From positions 1 to 64,000 of IMG/VR virus record IMGVR_UViG_3300045988_092861: a stretch of 64,000 nucleotides of DNA, one strand, 5' to 3'. Below, one piece after another: positions 41,787-49,672 of the stretch (its first letter is position 1; each line of letters begins with the position of its first letter). The stretch is from a virus. A program made the position numbers and the translations under genes. The notes under the pieces are model-generated. The model was not told the DNA's origin and ran no database searches. It saw only the letters and a program-made list of their open reading frames with translations.

Positions 41787-42017
41787 ATGAAAGAAAAGGT
41801 TTTAAATTTCTTCAAATCTGCCGTATGGCTCGTCTTAATTTTCATTATAGGCGCAATAGGTTTTAGGGTTTCTTTCATCTTAGGAACTCCACACGAAAAA
41901 GAAGAGTTTAATATAAAAATATTCACCAAGAAAGGGCATGAATACCTGGTTGTGAACACGAAAAACGGAGTTAGTGTTATCCATGCAGAGAGCTGCTCTT
42001 GTCATAAAAAGAAGTAG
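41787..42017 (+). CDS. Small membrane protein
   Basis: AVWLVLIFIIGAIGFRVSFIL forms a TM segment. Confidence 0.5.
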   Translation: MKEKVLNFFKSAVWLVLIFIIGAIGFRVSFILGTPHEKEEFNIKIFTKKGHEYLVVNTKNGVSVIHAESCSCHKKK

Positions 42018-42020
42018 CGT

Positions 42021-42278
42021 ATGATAAAAATATTAGAAAAAGTATATCGAAAACTGAATGCTTTAGTTGCTAAGGTGTTTAAGAAAGAGACTTATCCTTA
42101 TCCTCCTCTTACAAGAAGAGAACGAAGAAAGTTTGAACGTGACAACAAAAAAGCTAAGAAGAATATAGCGTTATGTCGTAGATGCATGAAGAACGCTCCT
42201 AATTGGTGGTGTCCAGGAGAACGTTGCTATTTCTTCCCTTATCGAAGACATGTATTATTTGGAGATAAAGAGAAATAG
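42021..42278 (+). CDS. Hypothetical basic protein
   Basis: 85-aa ORF between TAGCGTATG junctions. Confidence 0.45.
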   Translation: MIKILEKVYRKLNALVAKVFKKETYPYPPLTRRERRKFERDNKKAKKNIALCRRCMKNAPNWWCPGERCYFFPYRRHVLFGDKEK

Positions 42279-42281
42279 CGT

Positions 42282-42455
42282 ATGAAGAAGATAAGTTTTA
42301 ATCTCAAATATCTTGTATCCAAATACGATTGGTGCTTTTATTTCATTCCAAGTTTAATCGTATGGAAGCCTTATAGTGGTGTTTATGAAATTAATGTAGC
42401 CTTTCTGCTTTGGGAGTTTAATATTAAATATCAATTAAAAAGAAATAAGAAATGA
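42282..42455 (+). CDS. Hypothetical 57-aa protein
   Basis: Translated by hand. ATGA overlap with the next gene. Confidence 0.3.
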   Translation: MKKISFNLKYLVSKYDWCFYFIPSLIVWKPYSGVYEINVAFLLWEFNIKYQLKRNKK

Positions 42456-42655
42456 AGAAGGAAATATTTGACTTCTCAGAGGCTCTGAGAAGAATGAAGG
42501 AGGGAAAGAAAGTGAGAAGGGTAATTTGGGAAGAATGTGGAGCTTATATCCATATTGTCTCTGAGACTATTGTGGCTGTATGCGATGGGCAATTCTTTCC
42601 TTGTGTTTTCAAAGATTCTGAGGATATACTTGCAACAGACTGGGAGGAGGTGTAA
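42452..42655 (+). CDS. Stand-alone DUF2829 (Tad2-like) protein
   Basis: FSEALRRMKEGKKVRRVIWEE...DILATDWEEV. Confidence 0.7.
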   Translation: MKKEIFDFSEALRRMKEGKKVRRVIWEECGAYIHIVSETIVAVCDGQFFPCVFKDSEDILATDWEEV

Positions 42656-42658
42656 AAG

Positions 42659-42991
42659 ATGAAGAAAAATGTATTGACCCTCACAGTCAGCAAGCAATGG
42701 TTCGACATGATTGTTGCTTGCGAAAAGACCGAGGAGTATCGGGAGATAAAACCTTATTGGATTAAACGTCTGACCACTAACTGCGAAGTAGCTTATGATG
42801 TGGCGGCAGAAACATATTGCGGAAAGGTGCTCTATCGCCCTTACACCCACGTTCTCTTCATCAACGGATACCGAAAGGATAGCCCACGTATCGAAAAGGA
42901 GATTGATAGTATCACTATCGGTAAGCCTAAGAAGGGTATGTGCCCTGACGAGTGGCTTGATACAGAGTTTTTTATTATTAAGTTTAAGTGA
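42659..42991 (+). CDS. ASCH/PUA-like domain protein (tentative)
   Basis: LTVSKQWFDMIVACEKTEEYREIKPYW. Confidence 0.45.
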   Translation: MKKNVLTLTVSKQWFDMIVACEKTEEYREIKPYWIKRLTTNCEVAYDVAAETYCGKVLYRPYTHVLFINGYRKDSPRIEKEIDSITIGKPKKGMCPDEWLDTEFFIIKFK

Positions 42992-42992
42992 T

Positions 42993-43235
42993 ATGGTTGC
43001 AATTAAAGTATCTTCCGAGAACATCCAAGAATTATGGAAATGCCCGGACGTTTCAGAGTTAGTTAAAACTGTCAGTGGAGACTGCACAAAGCAGACGCTG
43101 ATAGTTAGGTTGAGAAATCGAGAGTTCTATGTTCCATACGGATTCTATCTCGTAAAAGATGAGAATGGTCGTTGGAGCACACTCAGCCCATCGCTGTATG
43201 AGTTGATAAAAGATAAAGTTCATGGCGAGAAGTGA
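42993..43235 (+). CDS. Hypothetical protein
   Basis: Track ORF 42795 trimmed to the ATG after the upstream stop. Confidence 0.45.
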   Translation: MVAIKVSSENIQELWKCPDVSELVKTVSGDCTKQTLIVRLRNREFYVPYGFYLVKDENGRWSTLSPSLYELIKDKVHGEK

Positions 43236-43410
43236 GGAGGAAATCCGAGAATACCATAGAAGGTATTATCAGGAGCATAAGGAGCATCTATTGGCAAGAA
43301 TGGAAGTTTATCGTAAAGAGAATGCTGAAAGAATTACCGCAAACAGAAGATATAACAGAAAGAGAAAGAAAGCCTTGGGCGGCTTAATGAACCCAAATAT
43401 AAAATTATGA
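43222..43410 (+). CDS. Hypothetical basic coiled-coil protein
   Basis: 62-aa ORF. Confidence 0.4.
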   Translation: MARSEEEIREYHRRYYQEHKEHLLARMEVYRKENAERITANRRYNRKRKKALGGLMNPNIKL

Positions 43411-43706
43411 GCAGAGGAAAACATTTTAGTGCAGAAGAGATTGAGTTCATCAAGGTTAATGCTTTGGTGATGACAACAACAGAGATTGCGAAGAAGCTCA
43501 ATCGTAATTATTGGGCTATACATCGAAAGATGCAGGAACTCGGAATTAGTAAGAGCCACACGTTTACAGCAAATGAGGACTTTATTATCAGACAGATGTA
43601 TGGCAAGTTTCCAGCAAAGGCTATTGCGACAAAGATCGGTGTAGACGAAAATGCGATTTACAATCGTTGCAAGAAACTTAAGTTAACGAAAGGAGGTACG
43701 AAATGA
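43407..43706 (+). CDS. Tandem HTH-like DNA-binding protein (late regulator candidate)
   Basis: Two similar segments, MTTTEIAKKLNRNYWAIHRKMQELG and FPAKAIATKIGVDENAIYNRCKKL. Confidence 0.45.
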   Translation: MSRGKHFSAEEIEFIKVNALVMTTTEIAKKLNRNYWAIHRKMQELGISKSHTFTANEDFIIRQMYGKFPAKAIATKIGVDENAIYNRCKKLKLTKGGTK

Positions 43707-44335
43707 TAGTTATTGTGACTGCAATGGATAAGGAATATAACCTTATCAGAGAATGGCTTGCAAAGGCGAATGTAAAAAATACAGCATTACTCAAAACAGG
43801 TGTAGGAAAGGTGAATGCCGCAAGCGGCTTAAGCGACTTTCTATCTTCTGTTACAAGTGACGTTGTTACGAGAGTTATCTCTGTAGGATGTGCCGGTGCT
43901 GCCGTTGCAGGTTTGAAACCTGGTAATGTCATAATTGGTAATTCATACTGTTACCATGATGTATATTGTGGTGAACCGAATGCTAACGGTCAAATTCAAG
44001 GTATGCCAGCAGTCTTCCCTTCAGATTTTGCGTGGATCGATATGGATGAACGGTTCAGATTAGGAACTATAGCAACCGGAGATAAGTTTGTTACTACAAG
44101 AGAGCAAGTGTTAGCGATTAAGGATTTTCTTCCTAATTCGTATAACGTATGCGCCATTGATATGGAGTCTGCCGCCCTTGCTCAAGTATGCTACAAGAAA
44201 GGGATTGGTTTTACCTCCATTCGAGTTATTAGCGATAATCCTCTGGAACCAAGCCAAACCGAGCAGTATGCAGGATTTTGGGACAATTTAGCAGAAAAAG
44301 CGTTTAATGTTGTATGTAAGTTGTTAGAGAAATGA
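43703..44335 (+). CDS. mtnN: 5'-methylthioadenosine/S-adenosylhomocysteine nucleosidase
   Basis: Aligns by eye with E. coli Pfs: KTGVGKVNAA, TGDKF, IDMESAALAQV, IRVISDNP. Confidence 0.85.
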   Translation: MIVIVTAMDKEYNLIREWLAKANVKNTALLKTGVGKVNAASGLSDFLSSVTSDVVTRVISVGCAGAAVAGLKPGNVIIGNSYCYHDVYCGEPNANGQIQGMPAVFPSDFAWIDMDERFRLGTIATGDKFVTTREQVLAIKDFLPNSYNVCAIDMESAALAQVCYKKGIGFTSIRVISDNPLEPSQTEQYAGFWDNLAEKAFNVVCKLLEK

Positions 44336-44796
44336 TACCGAGTTTCAAAGTTGATCATACGAAACTAAAGCCAGGTCTTTATGTTTCAAGAGTAGACAAA
44401 TTAGGGTTGGAAATAGTCACCACATTTGACGTCCGTGTATGTAAGCCAAACAGAGATATGATGTCTCCAGCGATTGCTCATACTATCGAGCACTTGATGG
44501 CTGATTATATGCACAACAAGAGTTCACTGAAAGATTATGTCTTATATTTCGGGCCTATGGGATGCTTAACTGGTTTCTATCTCATTCTTAGAGGCGTTTG
44601 GACTTCTGCGATAATAAAGGATAGTATAGCAGTCGCCTTTAAAGAATGTTCTGTTTCAAAAGTAATTCCAGGAGCTTCAGAAAAAGAGTGTGGTAACTAT
44701 AGATTAAACGATTTAAAAGGGGCCACATTATTATGTAAAAAGTTTGCTTCATATCTTTCGAGTGTCGGAGAAGACAAACTTACTTATCCTATGTAA
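44332..44796 (+). CDS. luxS: S-ribosylhomocysteine lyase LuxS
   Basis: SFKVDHTKL, metal ligands HTIEHL, PMGCLTGFY, ECGNY. Confidence 0.85.
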   Translation: MIPSFKVDHTKLKPGLYVSRVDKLGLEIVTTFDVRVCKPNRDMMSPAIAHTIEHLMADYMHNKSSLKDYVLYFGPMGCLTGFYLILRGVWTSAIIKDSIAVAFKECSVSKVIPGASEKECGNYRLNDLKGATLLCKKFASYLSSVGEDKLTYPM

Positions 44797-44852
44797 TATT
44801 TATATGTAACTATAAAGTATTTAATCATTAAGTATATTTTCTTATAATATAT

Positions 44853-44883
44853 TTTGTGATTAAATACTTTTTATTTAATTTTG
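44853..44883 (+). promoter_or_regulatory. Structural (late) operon promoter with a 14-bp inverted repeat
   Basis: TTTG (44853-44856), N19, TAATTTTG (44876-44883). The repeat AAAGTATTTAATCA (44814-44827) / TGATTAAATACTTT (44857-44870) has its right arm in the spacer. Confidence 0.55.
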
Positions 44884-44955
44884 CGGCATTACTTACTATC
44901 GCTTCGTACTGGGATATTTTCTTGAATTTATTGTTCAATTAAATATTTAGTTAGA

Positions 44956-45654
44956 ATGAAAAAAAGAACGAAGCAAGTTTTAGTTATTCTGAAACCCAAA
45001 TCAAAGGCGTTGGGGTTCAGTAGAGAGGAGTTAGAGGGTATTGCTGCCGATGTTGCCAATAACTTAGAACTCGATGAAGAAGCCTCAGACGAGGATGTAA
45101 ACGCAGAGATTGAAAAGCAGGTCAATGCGGTTCTTCCTTATCTTAAAATTGCGCAAAAGACAGCGCAGCGTACTATCCAGAGTTTCAAGGATAGTAAAGA
45201 CTTGGATGACGACGAGGTCGATGATCCTGACGATGACCCTGCCGGCAACAAGAAACCAATCCGCAAACAGAAGAAAGAAAAAGAGGAAGAGCAGGTTCCA
45301 GCATGGGCACAGGCACTCATTACTCAGAACAAAGCCTTGCAGACCGAAATTCTCGGTTTGAAGTCAGAGCGTGAGAGTGATGGCCGCCGTTCTAAGCTGA
45401 AGGCACTCCTTAAGGACAAAGGTACGTTCGGAAAGACCGTCTTGAAGAATTTCGACAAGATGAAGTTTGAGAACGAATCTGAGTTCGACGATTTCTATGA
45501 TGGTGTTGTGGAGGACTTGGCAGCTATCGATCAAGAGCGCGCTAACGAAGGTCTCGGAAAACTTGGTGCTCCTGCGGCTCAGAGAAAGCCTAAGGAAGAA
45601 GAGGTTGAGGTTATCAAGGAAAATGAGATTGATGAGCTTGCCGAAACTATGTAA
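44956..45654 (+). CDS. Scaffolding protein (putative)
   Basis: Acidic, coiled-coil-like, 232 aa, directly upstream of the decoration-like and capsid genes. Confidence 0.5.
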   Translation: MKKRTKQVLVILKPKSKALGFSREELEGIAADVANNLELDEEASDEDVNAEIEKQVNAVLPYLKIAQKTAQRTIQSFKDSKDLDDDEVDDPDDDPAGNKKPIRKQKKEKEEEQVPAWAQALITQNKALQTEILGLKSERESDGRRSKLKALLKDKGTFGKTVLKNFDKMKFENESEFDDFYDGVVEDLAAIDQERANEGLGKLGAPAAQRKPKEEEVEVIKENEIDELAETM

Positions 45655-45673
45655 TCTTTAAATCCTAAAAGTT

Positions 45674-46066
45674 ATGTATGGTGTAAGCAAAACAAAAACG
45701 TTTGATTCAGGCAAAGAGTCTGTAATCATCAGAAATTATGTGAATGGCATCATGGGTGGTGTCATTCTCGACATGACAGGGTTTACTGGAGAGTTTATCC
45801 AGTGCGGACACATTATCATTCGTGATACCAAGTCTGGCGAATACAAGCCAATGCCGGTAACAGGTGATGCCTATGCGGCTCTTCCTGAAAACCACGAGTA
45901 TATTGGTGTCTGCATGACAACTGCTCCTGTAGATACCCCTCATGTAGGTGTTATGACGGCAGGTGAGGCTAATGATAAGGCTGTCCCTTATCCTGTCGAT
46001 ACGATCAAGGCAGCTTTGAAAACAGCCGTTCCTACTCTTCAGTGGGGACACGATGCAATCGGTTAA
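45674..46066 (+). CDS. Head decoration-like protein (putative)
   Basis: 130 aa. Its position before the capsid gene matches the lambda D/E order. Confidence 0.4.
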   Translation: MYGVSKTKTFDSGKESVIIRNYVNGIMGGVILDMTGFTGEFIQCGHIIIRDTKSGEYKPMPVTGDAYAALPENHEYIGVCMTTAPVDTPHVGVMTAGEANDKAVPYPVDTIKAALKTAVPTLQWGHDAIG

Positions 46067-46077
46067 GGAGGTGATTT

Positions 46078-47385
46078 ATGCAACAGAGTTCTTTATTTCT
46101 TAAGTATATCATGAGTTTCTTCCCAATCTTGAAGACTTTGATTGAGAAGATTAACGGTAAGCGCAAGAACGAGATGACGTATCTCCATAAGGATACATCC
46201 ATTCTCCGCCGCGTTTATTCTACCGACAACAAATGGGAAGCCGACACGGTCGACACCTCTTACGTAGCAGCTGACTACGTAGCTGTTGATTCACCTGTTC
46301 CTTTGAAGTCTCGTGACAAGATTTCTACCGCAAACGGCAAATTGCCAAAGGTCGGTATGAAGAAATTCTTGAAGGAGTCAGATATCCTCGCTCTCAGACT
46401 CATGGAAGCACAGGGCGGTCAGACAGCAGAGATTCGTCGTAAGTTGGCTCAGGACCCGGTAGCTTGTAATGTCGGTGTTGATGAGCGTAATGAGTACGCC
46501 CTTCTGTATGGTCTTTCTAACGGCTACGTAGCTGTTCGTGACGACGATAATCCAAAGGAGTTGCTCCGTATCAAGTATCGGTACTTGCCAGAAAATCAGC
46601 TCGGCATCAACAATGTTGATACTGGTGTTACAGTTGCAGACTTGAAGGAATGTATCGAGCAAGCATCGAATGATGGCAACACCATCTTGATCTTCTGGAT
46701 TGGAAAGGCTAAGTTTGACGAATTGAAGAAGGCACAGGACGCTCGCGAGCTTGTTGCCAACTACAAGGGTCAGACTTATGACTCCAACACAAAGCTGCCG
46801 GTTCCTACTGCCAGCGTATTCCAGGAGGCATTCTTGGACGAGACCGGTGTATCATTCCGCATCATCAACCGTACTGTCCGCTTGGAGCATGATGGCGTGA
46901 AGAAGAGTGTTAAGCCTTGGAACAACGATATGATTATCGGTGTCTGCTCACAGATGATTGGTGCCCTCGTTTACGGTCAGGTAGCAGAGGCAACCAACAG
47001 AGTGGCAGGTGTAACCTATCAGCAGATTGATTACAAGCTTATTTCTCAGTATTCAACAACTGATCCATTGCGTGAGACTACTGCGGTGCAGGCATACTGC
47101 TTGCCTGTCATCGAGGACGTTGACACAATCTATCAGATTGATACTAAGCTGGCAGACCCAGACGTTTCTGTTGATACCGAAAAGGAGAAAGCAGATACAG
47201 AGGACGCTAAGGTAACAATCTCTGATGTGACCTACAAGAAGCCGGAGGCTATCACAACTCTCAACGCTCTTGGTGCTACACTTCCTAGTAACGCCAGCGA
47301 CAAGGAGGTTATTGATGCCTACAATGAGCTGCCTCCTACAAAGAAGAAGGAGTTCAAGGATAACGCAGCTAAAGCTGAGGAGTAA
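46078..47385 (+). CDS. Major capsid protein (lambda gpE-like, putative)
   Basis: 435 aa. Assigned by position. AAGGAGG lies 7 nt upstream of the ATG. Confidence 0.65.
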   Translation: MQQSSLFLKYIMSFFPILKTLIEKINGKRKNEMTYLHKDTSILRRVYSTDNKWEADTVDTSYVAADYVAVDSPVPLKSRDKISTANGKLPKVGMKKFLKESDILALRLMEAQGGQTAEIRRKLAQDPVACNVGVDERNEYALLYGLSNGYVAVRDDDNPKELLRIKYRYLPENQLGINNVDTGVTVADLKECIEQASNDGNTILIFWIGKAKFDELKKAQDARELVANYKGQTYDSNTKLPVPTASVFQEAFLDETGVSFRIINRTVRLEHDGVKKSVKPWNNDMIIGVCSQMIGALVYGQVAEATNRVAGVTYQQIDYKLISQYSTTDPLRETTAVQAYCLPVIEDVDTIYQIDTKLADPDVSVDTEKEKADTEDAKVTISDVTYKKPEAITTLNALGATLPSNASDKEVIDAYNELPPTKKKEFKDNAAKAEE

Positions 47386-47387
47386 TC

Positions 47388-47717
47388 ATGAAGACGGTCG
47401 GACAAGCATTGGTGGATGAAATTCACATACCAATTCCTTATGGATTCGTCGAAAACGCTTGTATCAAGCGCGAATTGGGTTTCGAGGACGAGTTTGATAG
47501 CGCTGTCGCTAAAAGCGATGCGTATAAGGGAGCGCTTGCCGATTGTCTGCTTTCTCTCATACAAGCCGTAAGTTTCTCTGAGTCGGATAAATCCATTGGT
47601 TCTCTCTCAGAAGACCAACGAAAGGCTATATTAGTTCAAGTCAATCGTTTATACAACTCTATCGGAGAGGAGGAGGTATCACTTACTCCGAAGCCGACAG
47701 TTTACATTAATTGCTGA
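47388..47717 (+). CDS. Head-tail connector/adaptor (putative)
   Basis: 109 aa. Assigned by synteny. Confidence 0.45.
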   Translation: MKTVGQALVDEIHIPIPYGFVENACIKRELGFEDEFDSAVAKSDAYKGALADCLLSLIQAVSFSESDKSIGSLSEDQRKAILVQVNRLYNSIGEEEVSLTPKPTVYINC

Positions 47718-48046
47718 TGAGTCTATTGAGTTTTCATGCCTCAAAGCTATATCGGCAGCAGAAGGTAGCTGGCTATACAGATGATGATGGAAATTATCAC
47801 CAGGGCAAGACCGAATGGAAGTTCTGCTGCACTTGTGATGTAGTTCCTGCTGGCGAGGCTAACAAAGTAGTTACAACAGATGGGTCTATAGATTATTACT
47901 CTTACGAAGTGTATAATTTACCCGTAGCGATAGAAAAGTTCTCTTATGGGGATTTTATCAAGCTTGATATTTTAGGGGCCGAGGAGGCGATTTTAAAGGT
48001 CAAGGGATTTCATCGCTATCAACTCCAGTGCAAGATATGGGCATAA
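47717..48046 (+). CDS. Head closure protein (putative)
   Basis: TGATG junction. The track start 47711 is TTG. Confidence 0.45.
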   Translation: MSLLSFHASKLYRQQKVAGYTDDDGNYHQGKTEWKFCCTCDVVPAGEANKVVTTDGSIDYYSYEVYNLPVAIEKFSYGDFIKLDILGAEEAILKVKGFHRYQLQCKIWA

Positions 48047-48048
48047 GA

Positions 48049-48519
48049 ATGACAACCAGCGTATCTGCTCTAAATGCCTTCATACAAAGAGCCGCAAGGA
48101 AGATACACGAGAATGTGCTTAAAGCATTGAGCAAACTCGGAGACGAATCCGTGGTAAGAATCCGTAACAGGTCTGCCAAGGAAAGCTGGATAGACCATAC
48201 GGGAAACCTAAGAAGTTCCATAGGATTCGCCGTGTACGAGCAGGGAAGTAAATATATGGAATCAGCCTTTTCGCAGGTTCTCAGTGGCACAGACGGCTCT
48301 GCAAAGGGCAAAAAGATGATCAATGACCTTGCAAAGGAATATTCCAGAGTTTATGCTTTGGTTGTCGTTGCCGGAATGGAGTACGCAGGAGATGTGGAAG
48401 CCTTGGAAAGCAAGGACGTACTCGCTTCAACGAAGATATGGGCCACGTCCATAGTCGAGCAGCGTGTTAAGACAGCAATAGAATCAGCTATTAATGAAAT
48501 AAATAGATGGAAGATATGA
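48049..48519 (+). CDS. HK97 gp10-like neck protein (putative)
   Basis: WIDHTGNLRSSIGFAV resembles the gp10 family. The track start 48028 is GTG. Alternative ATG at 48037. Confidence 0.5.
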   Translation: MTTSVSALNAFIQRAARKIHENVLKALSKLGDESVVRIRNRSAKESWIDHTGNLRSSIGFAVYEQGSKYMESAFSQVLSGTDGSAKGKKMINDLAKEYSRVYALVVVAGMEYAGDVEALESKDVLASTKIWATSIVEQRVKTAIESAINEINRWKI

Positions 48520-48908
48520 AGTCAGACGGAGCAATTAAGACCGATGTTTACAGGTACATCAAAGCCAGCGGTTTCATGAACAATGTTAACGGCAAGCTGT
48601 CTAAAACGTTGAGACCACATAATTCTCGAGAAGAAGATGTTGTTATCTCCATCTTGGCCAATGAGGGAACGCAGCTTCAAACGGCAATTATAAATGTAAA
48701 TATATATATACAAGACAATGATGTAGATGGGCAGTTTGAAGAGAACTGTATCAGAGTAGAAGAAATCTGTAAGTTGTCTTGGAATCTCTTGGAAACGTTC
48801 AGAACGAGCGAGTATGCAGCCCACGCTATTGAGCAGAGGGTATATGCAACAAGCACGGGAGAACATGTAATAAATAATCAAATCGAATATAAACTCATAA
48901 ATGATTAA
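48507..48908 (+). CDS. Tail terminator/completion protein (putative)
   Basis: Assigned by synteny. The alternative start 48516 gives an ATGA overlap. Confidence 0.45.
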   Translation: MEDMKSDGAIKTDVYRYIKASGFMNNVNGKLSKTLRPHNSREEDVVISILANEGTQLQTAIINVNIYIQDNDVDGQFEENCIRVEEICKLSWNLLETFRTSEYAAHAIEQRVYATSTGEHVINNQIEYKLIND

Positions 48909-48911
48909 ATT

Positions 48912-49493
48912 ATGTCAGTAACATCATGGGGCAAATGTACTATCTACGTTCAAGAAGTAGGTAGCAAAAAGAACGAGTGGACTAAGCTCCCAACTCCAAA
49001 GGATGGCACAACGCAGGTAACACCTACGAAAGGTGACACAATGACCCAGGTCGAGGAAGGTGGCGGAATTGTTGATCGCAAGACCAAGAAGTCAACATAT
49101 GAGGCAGCATACCAGCTCTTCATCAAGAAGAACCAGTCGCAGCCGTTCAAGACCATCGATGGTATCGTAGAAGGTAACTATCGCTTGGCTATTCAGCCTG
49201 AAGATGCCGAACTTCCAGGCGTTTACATGGGTAATACCACAATCGGTGCAGAAGAGGCCTATACAACTGAGAGCGGTGCTCTTATCACGTACACTCACGC
49301 AGCTCTCATTCCTGAGGGTGACGTTGTGGCTAAGACTACCAACGCGAAGAGTGAGGACGTCTATTGCGCTTACCGTTGGCGTGTCATTACTGCCACAAAG
49401 GGAACAGGTGGAAAGTATGCCTTGACTTTCAAGAAGCCGCAGGACGGCGATACCGCTCCTGCTGAAATCACGGAAACCTACGCAGAGAAATAG
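48912..49493 (+). CDS. Major tail protein (putative)
   Basis: 193 aa, upstream of the chaperone and tape-measure genes. Confidence 0.5.
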   Translation: MSVTSWGKCTIYVQEVGSKKNEWTKLPTPKDGTTQVTPTKGDTMTQVEEGGGIVDRKTKKSTYEAAYQLFIKKNQSQPFKTIDGIVEGNYRLAIQPEDAELPGVYMGNTTIGAEEAYTTESGALITYTHAALIPEGDVVAKTTNAKSEDVYCAYRWRVITATKGTGGKYALTFKKPQDGDTAPAEITETYAEK

Positions 49494-49543
49494 GCATATT
49501 CTAATATCCCTTCGGCCGACTGAGGGTTATCAGCCGGCAACCT

Positions 49544-49652
49544 ACCCAAGTAGCTCAGGGGAAGAGCGAGACCAAATAGTCCGTCGCATAAAAATCCAGG
49601 GTCTTCAAAAGCTGGTTGAAAGTCGCAGGTTCGAGTCCTGCCTTGGGTGCCA
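49544..49652 (+). tRNA. tRNA-like gene: canonical acceptor, D and T arms, long variable arm, encoded CCA, G73, but a 26-nt anticodon loop
   Basis: ACCCAAG (49544-49550) pairs with CTTGGGT (49642-49648). D arm GCTC-AGGGGAA-GAGC. Stem AGACC (49569-49573) / GGTCT (49600-49604). T arm GCAGG-TTCGAGT-CCTGC. Ends G-CCA at 49652. Confidence 0.55.
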
Positions 49653-49672
49653 ACTATTTAAATTCGAGTGAT

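Noticed and set aside
49616-49672. TTG-started extension of the tail chaperone ORF.
   Set aside because: It would translate through the T-arm, acceptor strand and CCA of the tRNA-like gene. ATG 49673 was used instead.
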